Assembly (NCBI GenBank): GCA_034439715.1
Contig: JAWXAY010000029.1
Location: forward strand, 147,435-211,434
DNA length: 64,000 bases
Direction: 5' to 3'
Origin: Pseudomonadota bacterium
Lineage (GTDB): Bacteria; Bdellovibrionota; Bdellovibrionia; Bdellovibrionales; SG-bin7
The translations under genes were made by a program, and so were the position numbers. The notes under the pieces are model-generated. The model was given only the letters and a program-made list of their open reading frames with translations. It was not told the DNA's origin and did no database searches. The number at the start of each line of letters is the position of its first letter. The first letter of the stretch is position 1. Positions 9,873 to 19,959 of the stretch are shown one piece after another.

Positions 9873-10697
9873 TCAAGGTAGACGGGGGAACTTAGTAAAA
9901 TCCGGTTTTCTTTTGCCAACATAAGCGTTTCTGCCCTCTTGCGCTTCCTCAGACATATAATATAATAGGGTCGCGTTACCGGCCATATCGAGCAAACCCA
10001 TTTGACCATCGCAATCAGCGTTTAATGCAGACTTCAAACAACGGATAGCGAGAGGTGAATGTTCTAACATTTCACGGCACCACGAAACTGTCTCGTGTTC
10101 TAATTCTGAAAGCGGAACGACTTTATTTACCAACCCCATTTTTAGGGCGTCATCCGCATTATACTGGCGACATAAAAACCAAATTTCACGCGCCTTTTTT
10201 TGACCGACAATGCGAGCTAAGTAGCTACTACCAAGCCCTCCGTCAAACGAACCCACTTTAGGACCCGTTTGACCAAACACGGCGTTGTCAGCCGCAATTG
10301 TCAAATCACAGACGACATGTAACACATGACCGCCGCCAATCGCGTAACCCGCAACCATGGCAACGACGGGCTTAGGCATGCTGCGAATTTGTTTTTGTAC
10401 ATCTAAAATATTTAATCGCGGCACTCCATCAAGTCCTACATAGCCTGCTTTACCGCGAACTTTTTGGTCCCCACCAGAGCAGAAGGCTTTATCACCCTGA
10501 CCAGTTAATATAACGACGCCGACACTTGGCTCTTCACGGGCCCATTCAAAGGCTTCTTTTAATTCTTTAACTGTTTGTGGTCGAAATGCATTTCGAACTT
10601 CTGGCCGATTGATCGTAATCTTGCCGATGCCATCGTCAGTTTTATGAACTAATATATCTTCGAATTTTTTTACTTCATTCCACTTAATGGTTTTCAT
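9873..10697 (-). CDS. menB: 1,4-dihydroxy-2-naphthoyl-CoA synthase
   Basis: [17 protein letters not shown] and [12 protein letters not shown] motifs. Confidence 0.97.
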   Translation of the reverse strand: MKTIKWNEVKKFEDILVHKTDDGIGKITINRPEVRNAFRPQTVKELKEAFEWAREEPSVGVVILTGQGDKAFCSGGDQKVRGKAGYVGLDGVPRLNILDVQKQIRSMPKPVVAMVAGYAIGGGHVLHVVCDLTIAADNAVFGQTGPKVGSFDGGLGSSYLARIVGQKKAREIWFLCRQYNADDALKMGLVNKVVPLSELEHETVSWCREMLEHSPLAIRCLKSALNADCDGQMGLLDMAGNATLLYYMSEEAQEGRNAYVGKRKPDFTKFPRLP

Positions 10698-10806
10698 AAA
10701 TCTCATCCTTTAAATCTACATGCTGATTACCAAACAAACCGCCTATATGGCACGGACTAACTTTCGACTGTCTCAAAATTTGACGGTTTGCGTTTTTCAT
10801 TATGTT

Positions 10807-10934
10807 TATCAAATACTTACGATGTTTTTATTTTACTATTCCGGGCTTATTCTTCCCAAAAATGTCCGTACACTCTTGTTTAAATCGAGCCTGCACACTA
10901 TTCGCGCTCAAATCAGCTTGGCACTGGCCTTGAA
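10807..10934 (+). promoter_or_regulatory. Putative IHF site and sigma54-type promoter of the vWA lipoprotein gene
   Basis: TATCAA-N4-TTA at 10807-10819; TTGGCAC-N5-TTGAA at 10918-10934 (-12 reads GA rather than GC). Confidence 0.5.
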
Positions 10935-11046
10935 GTATATAGGTGTAACGGTGACAAAATTGCGCCTCATGCACGTTTCCTTTAATTAAAAACCAAACAT
11001 ATAGATATTGGATTTTTTTTATTAACCCTTTTGAAAGGAAACTTTT

Positions 11047-12213
11047 ATGAACTCGAATTTGAAAAACAGAATGCTAATAGGCGTTTTGATACCTCTGGCA
11101 TTATTTTTTACGCAAGGTTGTGGCAAAGTTAAGTTTAGCTCATCCTTTAGACCAACAGTAAATACTAATACCACTCCCCCTCCCGGCTATCTTCCCCCAG
11201 AGGTAGAAGAATGCCCTGAAGGTTGTTATAAAGAAACTTACCGCCAAAAAGAAGAGACTACTAAAAAATTAGATATCGTCTTTGTTACTGATACATCAGG
11301 TTCTTTAGATGCTGAACGACAAGAAGTAGCTGACGGTATTAAAAACTTTATCGGTCAACTTCCCCCCGGAACTGATTTCAACGTCAGCGTTGTATTAGGC
11401 CATGGCAGCACCAGCGCATATGCCGGTAAACTATATCAGACTAGTAGTGGTGAGCCGCTTGTACTAAAATCGACTGGAGCGGGCGCTCTAACAATTGCCC
11501 AAATTCAGACGCATCTTAAAAACAAGCTCACTAATATTAAGACAGATAACGACTCTGATGGTGGCGAAGAAGGTCTTTACTCTACCTCACAAGCCATTAA
11601 AGGTGCAAACCTAGCCAACGCCCAAAGCCTTGGAATGTTTCGCGCCGATGCTGGCCTTGCAGTGGTATATATTGCTGACGAAAACGACATCTGCGCTCGT
11701 TACCCTGTCGGCGTTACTCGAGTAGTCGATCCCGATAACAAAGAAATTCCCGCATTTGTTCGTGATTGTGAAGACATCACACACACAGGAGTTTATGGAC
11801 AGCTTAAAAACTTAAAAGGCACTCTGCCTTTAGCTATAGGCGCCGTGATTTATACGGGCAAAGGTGCGATTCCCGCTGGTGGTGAAAACGAAATCGGTTA
11901 TGGTTATAAAGAAATCGTATCACTTAACAATGGTGTATTAGTTGATATTGCTTCGCACAACATCACTGCTGACCTGGCGAAAATTGGCCAATTGACAGGT
12001 GGTACTCTCATGTTAACGACTGAGTTTCAACTTACGCACTCCAACGTAAATCCGGCTTCTATCAGAGTTTATGTTGATGGTGTTCTGGTTCCTCATACTT
12101 ACACGCCAGAAACAAACTCAGTTCACATTGCTGCAAATCAGTGTGGCGCAGGTGGATCAGTAATCGTGATTAAGTATTGCGAAAATGGCGTAGACGTTAC
12201 CGACAATTTTTAA
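11047..12213 (+). CDS. Lipoprotein with vWA (MIDAS) domain, CglB-like
   Basis: Lipobox FTQGC; DIVFVTDTSGSL MIDAS motif; IADEND. Confidence 0.8.
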   Translation: MNSNLKNRMLIGVLIPLALFFTQGCGKVKFSSSFRPTVNTNTTPPPGYLPPEVEECPEGCYKETYRQKEETTKKLDIVFVTDTSGSLDAERQEVADGIKNFIGQLPPGTDFNVSVVLGHGSTSAYAGKLYQTSSGEPLVLKSTGAGALTIAQIQTHLKNKLTNIKTDNDSDGGEEGLYSTSQAIKGANLANAQSLGMFRADAGLAVVYIADENDICARYPVGVTRVVDPDNKEIPAFVRDCEDITHTGVYGQLKNLKGTLPLAIGAVIYTGKGAIPAGGENEIGYGYKEIVSLNNGVLVDIASHNITADLAKIGQLTGGTLMLTTEFQLTHSNVNPASIRVYVDGVLVPHTYTPETNSVHIAANQCGAGGSVIVIKYCENGVDVTDNF

Positions 12214-12229
12214 TAACTGACTTCTTTGA

Positions 12230-12253
12230 TTCGCACCCCATGCTGGGTGCGAA
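12230..12253 (+). terminator. Hairpin after the vWA gene (possible terminator)
   Basis: TTCGCACCC-catgct-GGGTGCGAA perfect 9-bp stem; weak U-tract. Confidence 0.5.
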
Positions 12254-12285
12254 CTAACTTTAACTAATATTTCAAGGAGATTTTT

Positions 12286-12903
12286 GTGAAACTGGTTCTT
12301 ACATTATTGATGTTCGCGACTGTAACAGGCTCTTCAGCTTTGGCTAAAGAAATCTCATTTAAATCTCCCTACCATTCGGTGGAAGTAACCTCGCAACTTA
12401 AGATTCCCCATTATAAATTTTCTTTTGCCGAAGCCCAGGGGGAGTTTGCGAAGTTAAAACCCGAGCAAGTTAAAGAAAAAATAGCAATTGTCTTGACGAT
12501 GAGTAAAGGTTCTAGACGAATTGTAAATAAAGATGGAACTTCCACCACCTGGTTAGCACCGCTATCCCGACCTCAGCTTTACAGCTTATATCGCAGAGTG
12601 AGCGGCGGCAAAGAAGAAATGTCAGATTCGACAGAAAAAGCATATCTCGCGCTACTCGACCAGAATGGATATTCTATAGAAGACAACATAAAACTAAAGT
12701 TTGATTATGGCGTGCTTTCATTGAAAAAGTTCGAGTTAGATTTGAAAACACTCCCACAAAGTAATTTCGGCGTCAAATTTACTGCCGACGGCATAAATTA
12801 TAGTAGAGATGATAATCGGATTCATGGGGAAATTTTAATTGACACTAGAGTAACACGCTCTGCAAAACATCTCATCCCCAAGGAAGCTACTGGCGCAGAC
12901 TAA
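12286..12903 (+). CDS. Hypothetical secreted protein
   Basis: AAGGAG RBS; signal peptide ending SALA|K. Confidence 0.7.
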   Translation: MKLVLTLLMFATVTGSSALAKEISFKSPYHSVEVTSQLKIPHYKFSFAEAQGEFAKLKPEQVKEKIAIVLTMSKGSRRIVNKDGTSTTWLAPLSRPQLYSLYRRVSGGKEEMSDSTEKAYLALLDQNGYSIEDNIKLKFDYGVLSLKKFELDLKTLPQSNFGVKFTADGINYSRDDNRIHGEILIDTRVTRSAKHLIPKEATGAD

Positions 12904-12924
12904 GGTTCATTGGGCTGTTCTGCC

Positions 12925-14481
12925 TTAAAAACTATCCCAAAATCTGTGAGTCGCGTCCCTATCTGGCGCGAGCTCAATCACAGTTGGTTGCGATTCTTCA
13001 AACTGATTGGGAATTTTCTCCCAACGAGACCACGGCAAATCCCACATTTTAGCCCAGTGTTGAAACTGTAGCTGATGTTCATTTAAAAAAGACTTGCTAG
13101 TAAACATTCGTGAAAAAATTTGTCCGCCGCCATTATTGACCACTACTATTTTTATGTTTTTGGCCTCAAGTTGCTTTAAAATCCAAGGCGCCGACAAATC
13201 ATACATTGCTGTAAGGTCGCCAAAAATTCCCCAATTTGGTTTTTTTGGGTGAGCATAACCTAAGAAGCTCGAAATCTGACCATCTATACCGTTAACACCG
13301 CGCTGACCAAATAGTTCCCAGCTTCGATTTTCACGAGTAGCAAAAAGCTCCCACTCACGAATAGGCGAGCTATTGCCTAAATATATTTGTGATTTTTTCT
13401 CAATAAGTAGCGATAAACGATGCAGCATAGCCGGCTCACTTGTAGGCTCCCGATCTAAAAGAGCCATTACCTCTCGGTAGCGCGCGCGATCATTCATTAG
13501 GATTGTTGCTTTTTTTTCTGAGTCCGATTTGACTGGGCAGACAAATTTAGAAAAAAATTGTTGGAGGTTTGTGTGAACAAGTTTTCCGTGACTCAAACCC
13601 GAAAAAGGCAAATTGCTGACGGAGATAATTGGCATCATTTTAGGATTGTTTTCGATGTCCCGCCAAAACCGAGTGGTCGGCACTCCTCCAATGCGAACTA
13701 GTCCATCAAAATTGTTAGCATTCAATAGCGAATCACCCGAAACCAAAATTTGATTTTTTAGGATTGTCGACTCACGTAGGTTTGACAGGCCTTCAGCAAA
13801 CACCAAAGCACCCGTATTTTTTAAAAAACTTTCGATCTCTGAGGACTCACTGGGATGTAAGCCTCCTAAAACAAAAATGGGATTTTTATACTTATTAAGA
13901 AATTCACTAAAAATTTCACGTTGCTCATTTATTTTTTTTTGAGTTAAAATATTTCCGGATTCAAACTCAGAGGTGGCATATTGGCGAGATCCAATTTCTT
14001 CATCAATTAATGGTTCATCAAAACAGACATTGAGATGCAAGGGGCCTGCTTTTAACCATCCGTCGAGATTCCAAAATTCGTTCGTTGCCAAATCTAAAAA
14101 GTGTTCGACGTGTTCACCAAATAATTTTAATTGATTTATACTTTGAGGTGAGCCCGTGCCACGACATTTACGGGGCCGATCGGCCGTGACAGCAATCAAG
14201 GGCGCACCCGTGTAGTGAGCCTCAACCATGCCTGGCAAAAGCTCAGCCGCTGCTGTTCCTGACGTCGTAAATAAGGCCAATGGTTGGGAGGTTTGTCTCA
14301 TTCGGCCAAGTGCAAAAAACGCAGCCGCCCGTTCGTCAAAAAAATTAAATACTTTAAAGGTCTGTGTGCTGTCTAACAGAGTCACTAATGGGCTATTTCG
14401 CGCACCAGGGCACAGGGCAATTTCTTTTACTCCCACATTTGCCAACTGTTTTAAGATGTCATTGGCCAAACTAATATTCAT
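12925..14481 (-). CDS. menD: SEPHCHC synthase
   Basis: CPGARNSPL, DERAAAFFALG, TSGTAAAEL, RGVNGIDG and GDLTAMYD; ATGA overlap with the menF stop. Confidence 0.95.
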   Translation of the reverse strand: MNISLANDILKQLANVGVKEIALCPGARNSPLVTLLDSTQTFKVFNFFDERAAAFFALGRMRQTSQPLALFTTSGTAAAELLPGMVEAHYTGAPLIAVTADRPRKCRGTGSPQSINQLKLFGEHVEHFLDLATNEFWNLDGWLKAGPLHLNVCFDEPLIDEEIGSRQYATSEFESGNILTQKKINEQREIFSEFLNKYKNPIFVLGGLHPSESSEIESFLKNTGALVFAEGLSNLRESTILKNQILVSGDSLLNANNFDGLVRIGGVPTTRFWRDIENNPKMMPIISVSNLPFSGLSHGKLVHTNLQQFFSKFVCPVKSDSEKKATILMNDRARYREVMALLDREPTSEPAMLHRLSLLIEKKSQIYLGNSSPIREWELFATRENRSWELFGQRGVNGIDGQISSFLGYAHPKKPNWGIFGDLTAMYDLSAPWILKQLEAKNIKIVVVNNGGGQIFSRMFTSKSFLNEHQLQFQHWAKMWDLPWSRWEKIPNQFEESQPTVIELAPDRDATHRFWDSF

Positions 14482-15521
14482 ATTCCCAACATTTTTTTGA
14501 CGACTTCTCGTTTTAGTTTTTGTTCGTCCCATTCCCGATTGAGTTCACTTTCATGTACTATGCCTGAACCTGACCCAATTTTAATTTTTTTATCTTGCCA
14601 CTGAACATTGCGAATTGCGACTAAACAAATGCCTGTGCCATTTTCATTTCGTAATCCAAAAGGCGCGCCAAATCGCGATCTATCAGGATCGGTATTTATT
14701 TTTGAAAGCCATTTTTTTCCGGCGTCGCGAGGGGCCACCCCAAGCGCAGGAGTTGGGTGAAGCTCTTTAACAATTTCTTCAAACTCATGAGTCTGTTTTA
14801 GCTTGACCTCAATTTCTGTTTTAAGGTGTTCAAGGTACGGAAGCTGTAAAACATCGGTGGGTTGAGTTTTTACCTGACCCCAGCGCTCAAGAATCTGCGT
14901 GATCTCATCTATCACAATATAATGTTCGTTGAGTTCCTTTTTGTCCTGTAACAATGGCGCTCTATTTTTATCATCTCTTGGCCTTGTTCCCGCTAAGGCC
15001 ATGGTCTTAATTTGATAGGGAGTCTTCAATTCAAAAAGTGTTTCAGGTGTCAAACCTAAAATCCCTGAGGTCTGGTCCCAATAACCATAAATTCTTAATG
15101 GAAAATCGAGTTGAGCCATGTGACTTAGCAAATATCTCTTAAATAAAATGCCTGTTTCAGTTTCTCCGTGTTCAAAAACTATTGGAACTCCTTTTCTTAA
15201 TTCACCAATCGTAATCAATTCTTTAATAAATAAAAACTGCTCCTTAAAAAAAAGGGAAGAAGGAGCTTGCCATGAAATTTGTGGCGGGTGTTCCATGAAT
15301 CCCATAGCCTTTTGGAATTCATGTATCCCCATCTCTTGAGTGTGCTGAGGGTGAAGCCAAGGCTCTTCCGTTGAAAGAAAAAAATCAGGTAGATAAAATG
15401 CCTTTTTGGATTCAAAGGGAGTCGCTGACCATTCCATCTCTCCCCAGCCAATATGAATTTTGCCAGGTAACGTTGCTATGATCACCCCGTGTTGCAAAAA
15501 TTGCTCAACATTAAAGCTCAT
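14478..15521 (-). CDS. menF: Isochorismate synthase
   Basis: TPETL, ALAGT, KELNEH, LHPTPALG, VAIRN and GSGIV motifs. Confidence 0.9.
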   Translation of the reverse strand: MSFNVEQFLQHGVIIATLPGKIHIGWGEMEWSATPFESKKAFYLPDFFLSTEEPWLHPQHTQEMGIHEFQKAMGFMEHPPQISWQAPSSLFFKEQFLFIKELITIGELRKGVPIVFEHGETETGILFKRYLLSHMAQLDFPLRIYGYWDQTSGILGLTPETLFELKTPYQIKTMALAGTRPRDDKNRAPLLQDKKELNEHYIVIDEITQILERWGQVKTQPTDVLQLPYLEHLKTEIEVKLKQTHEFEEIVKELHPTPALGVAPRDAGKKWLSKINTDPDRSRFGAPFGLRNENGTGICLVAIRNVQWQDKKIKIGSGSGIVHESELNREWDEQKLKREVVKKMLGI

Positions 15522-15687
15522 CTAACCCTCTCCGCTTTGACGCGTGACACAAACTAAAGGATGTTGCACGGAACTAAAGGACTTTGTATAAAAAAGTTAA
15601 CTTTATTTATAGGCAAAGGGATAGCCTACTTTCGAGGACCCAGCAAAACTTTTTGTATTTTATTTTGAAAAAGGGGCAGTACTCAGC

Positions 15688-16488
15688 ATGACGAGCGTCA
15701 ACAAGTGTAAAGCGGTTACTATCGGAAACGTTTCGATCGGTGGGCCGAATTTTGTAGTGATTGCAGGCCCCTGTTCAATTGAATCCGAAGATATTTTGCG
15801 CGAGATAGCCGGCGGAATCAGAGGGTTTGGCGCCAGCATTCTGCGCGGCGGAATTTTTAAACTTCGCACCAGCCCTGATTCATTCCAGGGAGTGGGAAGC
15901 GATGGTCTTTTTGTTGCTAAAAAGATCCGCGAAGAATTAAAAATGCCCATCGTCTGCGAAATCACAGACCCCCGCCAAATTGGGGATATGCACGATATCG
16001 TCGACGCGTTCCAGGTCGGTTCGCGCAATATGTATAATTATTCGCTATTGAAAGAGCTCGGTACGTTAAAAAAGCCCGTGATGCTCAAACGGGGATTTTC
16101 TGCGCTAATAGAAGAATGGGTAATGGCCGCTCAATACATCACAAAAGGTGGCAACGATAATGTGATTTTGTGTGAGCGTGGAATTAGGTCATTCGATCGC
16201 GTAACGCGAAACACTCTGGATTTGGCTTCGGTGGCTCATATAAAACAAAACTATTCTTATCCTGTTATTGTTGACCCCTCTCATGCCACCGGAATACGAG
16301 AATTAGTGGCGCCTATGTCAATGGCCGCCGCGGCGGCTGGCGCCGATGGCTTGCTTATTGAAGTTCATCCCAAGCCTGACCAAGCGCTGTCAGATGGCTT
16401 TCAGACTTTGGATTTTGATCAATTTAGTACCCTCATGAATCAACTCGGCCCATTGCTAAATCATCTAAAGCGCCCCCTATGGAGCTGA
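15688..16488 (+). CDS. aroF: DAHP synthase (class I-beta)
   Basis: IAGPCSIE, RGGIFKLRTSP, LCERGIR and VDPSH motifs. Confidence 0.92.
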   Translation: MTSVNKCKAVTIGNVSIGGPNFVVIAGPCSIESEDILREIAGGIRGFGASILRGGIFKLRTSPDSFQGVGSDGLFVAKKIREELKMPIVCEITDPRQIGDMHDIVDAFQVGSRNMYNYSLLKELGTLKKPVMLKRGFSALIEEWVMAAQYITKGGNDNVILCERGIRSFDRVTRNTLDLASVAHIKQNYSYPVIVDPSHATGIRELVAPMSMAAAAAGADGLLIEVHPKPDQALSDGFQTLDFDQFSTLMNQLGPLLNHLKRPLWS

Positions 16489-17201
16489 CCAAAGATCCTC
16501 AAAAAATTCGCTCGATGTTTGGTTCAATTGCCTCAAGATACGATATGGCCAATACCATTTTGTCCGGCGGCATTCATCATCTCTGGCGACGCGAGCTGGT
16601 ACGCTTAAGCCAAGCCGAGCGCGGGTTTCGCGTTTTGGACTGCGCCACAGGAACTGGCGATCTTGCGTTCGAATTTAAAAAACAAGTGGGTATTGAAGGC
16701 CAAGTTATTGGCTGTGACTTTTGCGAAGAGATGCTCAGTTTGGCGCGCTTAAAATCCCACAAGCGAAGTCTTTCTCTAGTCTTTGAATTGGCAGACGTTA
16801 CAAAACTGTCATACCCCAATGCCTGTTTTGATGTGGCCAGTATTGCTTTTGGCATTCGCAATGTTTCAAATCCCTTAATGGCAATTTCTGAACTTGCCAG
16901 AGTTGTTAGGCCTGGCGGCAAAATTATGATTTTAGAATTTGGTCAACCCGAGACTCCCGTTTTTAAACAAATTTACGAACTCTATTCGAAATATTTAATG
17001 CCCCGACTTGGCGGAATGATATCAGGGTCGTTTGCAGCCTATAAATATTTACAAACAAGTTCTTCTCACTTTCCCTGCCGAGAAGAGTTCCTAGCAATGA
17101 TGATGTCTACTAAACTTTTTTCTCGCTGTGAATACAAGTCATTGAGCGGAGGCATTGCGTATATTTATTCGGGATATGTCGGCGATCTGCCTCAACACTA
17201 G
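16479..17201 (+). CDS. menG: Demethylmenaquinone methyltransferase (UbiE/MenG)
   Basis: MFGSIASRYD, LDCATGTGD, IAFGIRNV and RVVRPGG motifs. Confidence 0.92.
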   Translation: MELTKDPQKIRSMFGSIASRYDMANTILSGGIHHLWRRELVRLSQAERGFRVLDCATGTGDLAFEFKKQVGIEGQVIGCDFCEEMLSLARLKSHKRSLSLVFELADVTKLSYPNACFDVASIAFGIRNVSNPLMAISELARVVRPGGKIMILEFGQPETPVFKQIYELYSKYLMPRLGGMISGSFAAYKYLQTSSSHFPCREEFLAMMMSTKLFSRCEYKSLSGGIAYIYSGYVGDLPQH

Positions 17202-17234
17202 CAAATAACAAATTCAAATAAAATATTTGAAAAT

Positions 17235-18323
17235 CTAAATTTTCGTTGGCACTTCATGCTGATTTTCAATTGCGCTCAAAAGCTTTGGAAATGACGATGA
17301 AGCTACCGACATAACAAACGGTCCCAAAAAAATACCCGGAAATCCAAAAACAGATACTGCGCCAATAAGTCCTATTAGGCTAATAATCGGATTGAGGTTT
17401 TCTTCTGATCGTGCAACCAAATAAGGTCTAATAATATTATCAATAGTGCCCGATACAAATGATATGACAATCATAAATACCGCCGCTCCATTCATCCCCA
17501 TCGAAAAACAAAGCCCGGCCAGAAACAATCCAATGGGGCCAGCGCCAATGACAGGAATAAAGGAGCAAATAAAAGTCAGTGTGAATATAATGGCCCATTC
17601 GTTCAAGCCAACGACAAAGGCGGCCAGTGTGACGACAGATGCTTGCACCATACCGACGATGAAATTGGCAGAAAGCATGGTCCCACCTGAGGACTGCAAG
17701 AGTTCGTTGACCGTGTCGACCTCCTCTGCCGTAACAAGCCGCGAACGAAGCAAAAGCCCACGAAGCTTTTTGCCAAATCTAAAAAATAAAAACAGCATCA
17801 AAATGAATACCAAAAAGTGAACAAAAAATTCAGGCAACATAGAAAAAAATTTGGTTGAAATCTGTAAGGACCATTCCCCTATTTTTGTCATAAAAGCCTG
17901 AGACTGTTGACCTAACTTTGGATTAGATTTTATCCCCAGCACCGATAATGAAGATTGAATGCGTGTCTCTAGATATGCTGAGGAAGTTCCGACTGAATTA
18001 TTAATTCCCTTAAGAAAAGCAATGGTCTTTTCTTTGTCAGCGCCCAGAGATAAATCGTAGATGCGAAAAATACAAAGCGAGGTGAGGGATGTAAAAACCA
18101 TTATGACTAGTATGATTATTCCAATTACAATTCTTTGCCTGCCAATTCCATATTTCTTACGAATCTTTTCAACGAGAGGAGTTAAGCCAACAGCAAAGAT
18201 TCCCGAAAGACTAATGGTTAGGATAAAAGGACTAACGATCGCGAAGAAGAACAAAAACGATAACGCCGTTATCGCCGCCAGCAGAAAATAGCCTCTGTTC
18301 TTTATAATGTTATTAAATCCCAT
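17235..18323 (-). CDS. AI-2E family transporter
   Basis: SFIPVIG, DNIIRP and FGFPGIFLGP motifs; multi-TM. Confidence 0.88.
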   Translation of the reverse strand: MGFNNIIKNRGYFLLAAITALSFLFFFAIVSPFILTISLSGIFAVGLTPLVEKIRKKYGIGRQRIVIGIIILVIMVFTSLTSLCIFRIYDLSLGADKEKTIAFLKGINNSVGTSSAYLETRIQSSLSVLGIKSNPKLGQQSQAFMTKIGEWSLQISTKFFSMLPEFFVHFLVFILMLFLFFRFGKKLRGLLLRSRLVTAEEVDTVNELLQSSGGTMLSANFIVGMVQASVVTLAAFVVGLNEWAIIFTLTFICSFIPVIGAGPIGLFLAGLCFSMGMNGAAVFMIVISFVSGTIDNIIRPYLVARSEENLNPIISLIGLIGAVSVFGFPGIFLGPFVMSVASSSFPKLLSAIENQHEVPTKI

Positions 18324-18471
18324 ATTACTATTTTACCTTTAAAATGAGCGTCATTATTATAGGCGAGGATTAATTCTGGCAATGATATTGTAATTATTTG
18401 CCGCTGGGGCATTTTACCCCGTCACCCCTCAGGCCTTGACTCTGGAACCTACAATCACATAAACAAACTCT

Positions 18472-19095
18472 ATGCAGTACGAGGTAAGACCTTTCTTTAT
18501 ACTCTGTGATTTTTGTGGCCATCCGATTCCCACCATCGGTCATCTTCATGGAGGAGTTATGTGCGATCGCTGCGGACATCACATCAACCGCCTCAAACCA
18601 AAATCAATTTCACGAACTCTAGCCTTTTCGCTAACGGCTTTATTCTTTTATATTCCCGCAAATATTTTTCCATTTATGACAATGGAGCTCTATGGCAGTC
18701 GCAATAGCGCAACTATTTGGAACGGCATTGTTTTGCTTGCAGAATCGGGCTCGTGGACGGTCGCCATCATCGTTTTACTCGCAAGTATTCTCATTCCGTT
18801 ATTAAAACTTGTCATACTTTTTTACTTAGCGCTGACAGCCTCTGATCAAAAACACGCCTATGCCAAGACGCAGCTCTTTCGAATTGTTGAAATTCTGGGT
18901 CGTTGGTCGATGCTTGATATTTTTTTGCTAGCAGTTCTGGTAGCGATCATGAAATTGGGACCATGGACTTCTGTGCAACCAGAGATAGGTTCTCTATTAT
19001 TTGCTTTGGTAGTTATTTTTACAATGTTAGGCTCGGCAAGCTTTGATTCAAAACTTTTATGGCAGGAAGAAAATGTCAGACAACTCAAAAATTAA
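18472..19095 (+). CDS. pqiA: Paraquat-inducible protein A (single PqiA domain)
   Basis: Two CxxC motifs, IPANIFP and GRWSMLDIF. Confidence 0.9.
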   Translation: MQYEVRPFFILCDFCGHPIPTIGHLHGGVMCDRCGHHINRLKPKSISRTLAFSLTALFFYIPANIFPFMTMELYGSRNSATIWNGIVLLAESGSWTVAIIVLLASILIPLLKLVILFYLALTASDQKHAYAKTQLFRIVEILGRWSMLDIFLLAVLVAIMKLGPWTSVQPEIGSLLFALVVIFTMLGSASFDSKLLWQEENVRQLKN

Positions 19096-19924
19096 AATGA
19101 TGCTCAAGAGGCCTAATATTAGTTGGGTAGTTTGGTTCTTTCCGGCCATTGCAGTTATTCTTACGAGCTGGCTGTTCTACGATTACTTTCAACATCGTGG
19201 TCCATTGATAAAAATTATTTTTACTGACGCATCGAGTGTCGAAGCGCAAAAAACACCACTGCGGTACCGTGGCATCAATGTGGGCAAAGTAGAAAATATT
19301 GTCCTATCCCGTGACGGCAAGGAGGTTGTTGTTTTTGCCAGACTCACTAAAGACGCCAAAAGATTGGCTGTAGTTGGCACCAAATTTTGGGTGGTTCAGC
19401 CAGAAGTCGATTTCGAGGGAGTCCGTGGTTTAGAAACTATATTCAGAGGGTCCTACATTAGGGTAGAACCCGGCAAAGGAAAGTCTTCTCTTTTATTTCG
19501 CGGCCAAACTGGAAACGAAATTAATGACACCACTGCCGATACGGTTATGTACAGATTGCAAACCCCACTCAGTGAATCTATCAATGTTGGGGATACCGTA
19601 ACTTACCGCGGGCTCAAAGTAGGTTCCGTGTCAGGAATGAAACTCAGTCCCAAGTCGCAACTGATTGAAGTTCAAGTCAGCATAGAAAAACAGTATGCCA
19701 AACTTATTCGAACCAATACTGTCTTTTGGCGAAAAACCGGCATCCAAGCAAATTTGGGTTTATTTAATTCTGAGATAAAAATTAGCTCGCTGGAATCACT
19801 AATGAGGGGTGGAATCGCGTTGGCCATTCCCAATGAACCTGGTCCTATTGCTAAATCACAAACTGTATTTTCGTTGGAATCTAGCCAACCCAAGTCCGTT
19901 GAGAAGTGGGTACCTGAGATTTAA
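19073..19924 (+). CDS. pqiB: PqiB/MlaD (MCE) family protein with two MCE domains
   Basis: YRGINVGKV..FW and YRGLKVGSV..FW; N-terminal TM; start set at ATG 19073. Confidence 0.85.
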   Translation: MSDNSKIKMMLKRPNISWVVWFFPAIAVILTSWLFYDYFQHRGPLIKIIFTDASSVEAQKTPLRYRGINVGKVENIVLSRDGKEVVVFARLTKDAKRLAVVGTKFWVVQPEVDFEGVRGLETIFRGSYIRVEPGKGKSSLLFRGQTGNEINDTTADTVMYRLQTPLSESINVGDTVTYRGLKVGSVSGMKLSPKSQLIEVQVSIEKQYAKLIRTNTVFWRKTGIQANLGLFNSEIKISSLESLMRGGIALAIPNEPGPIAKSQTVFSLESSQPKSVEKWVPEI

Positions 19925-19959
19925 ATTTTTCGCCGCTGTTATATTAACTGTTACATGAA

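Noticed and set aside
10720..10989. 89-aa ORF between menB and the vWA gene
   Set aside because: It covers the regulatory region, has no RBS and shows no recognisable protein features
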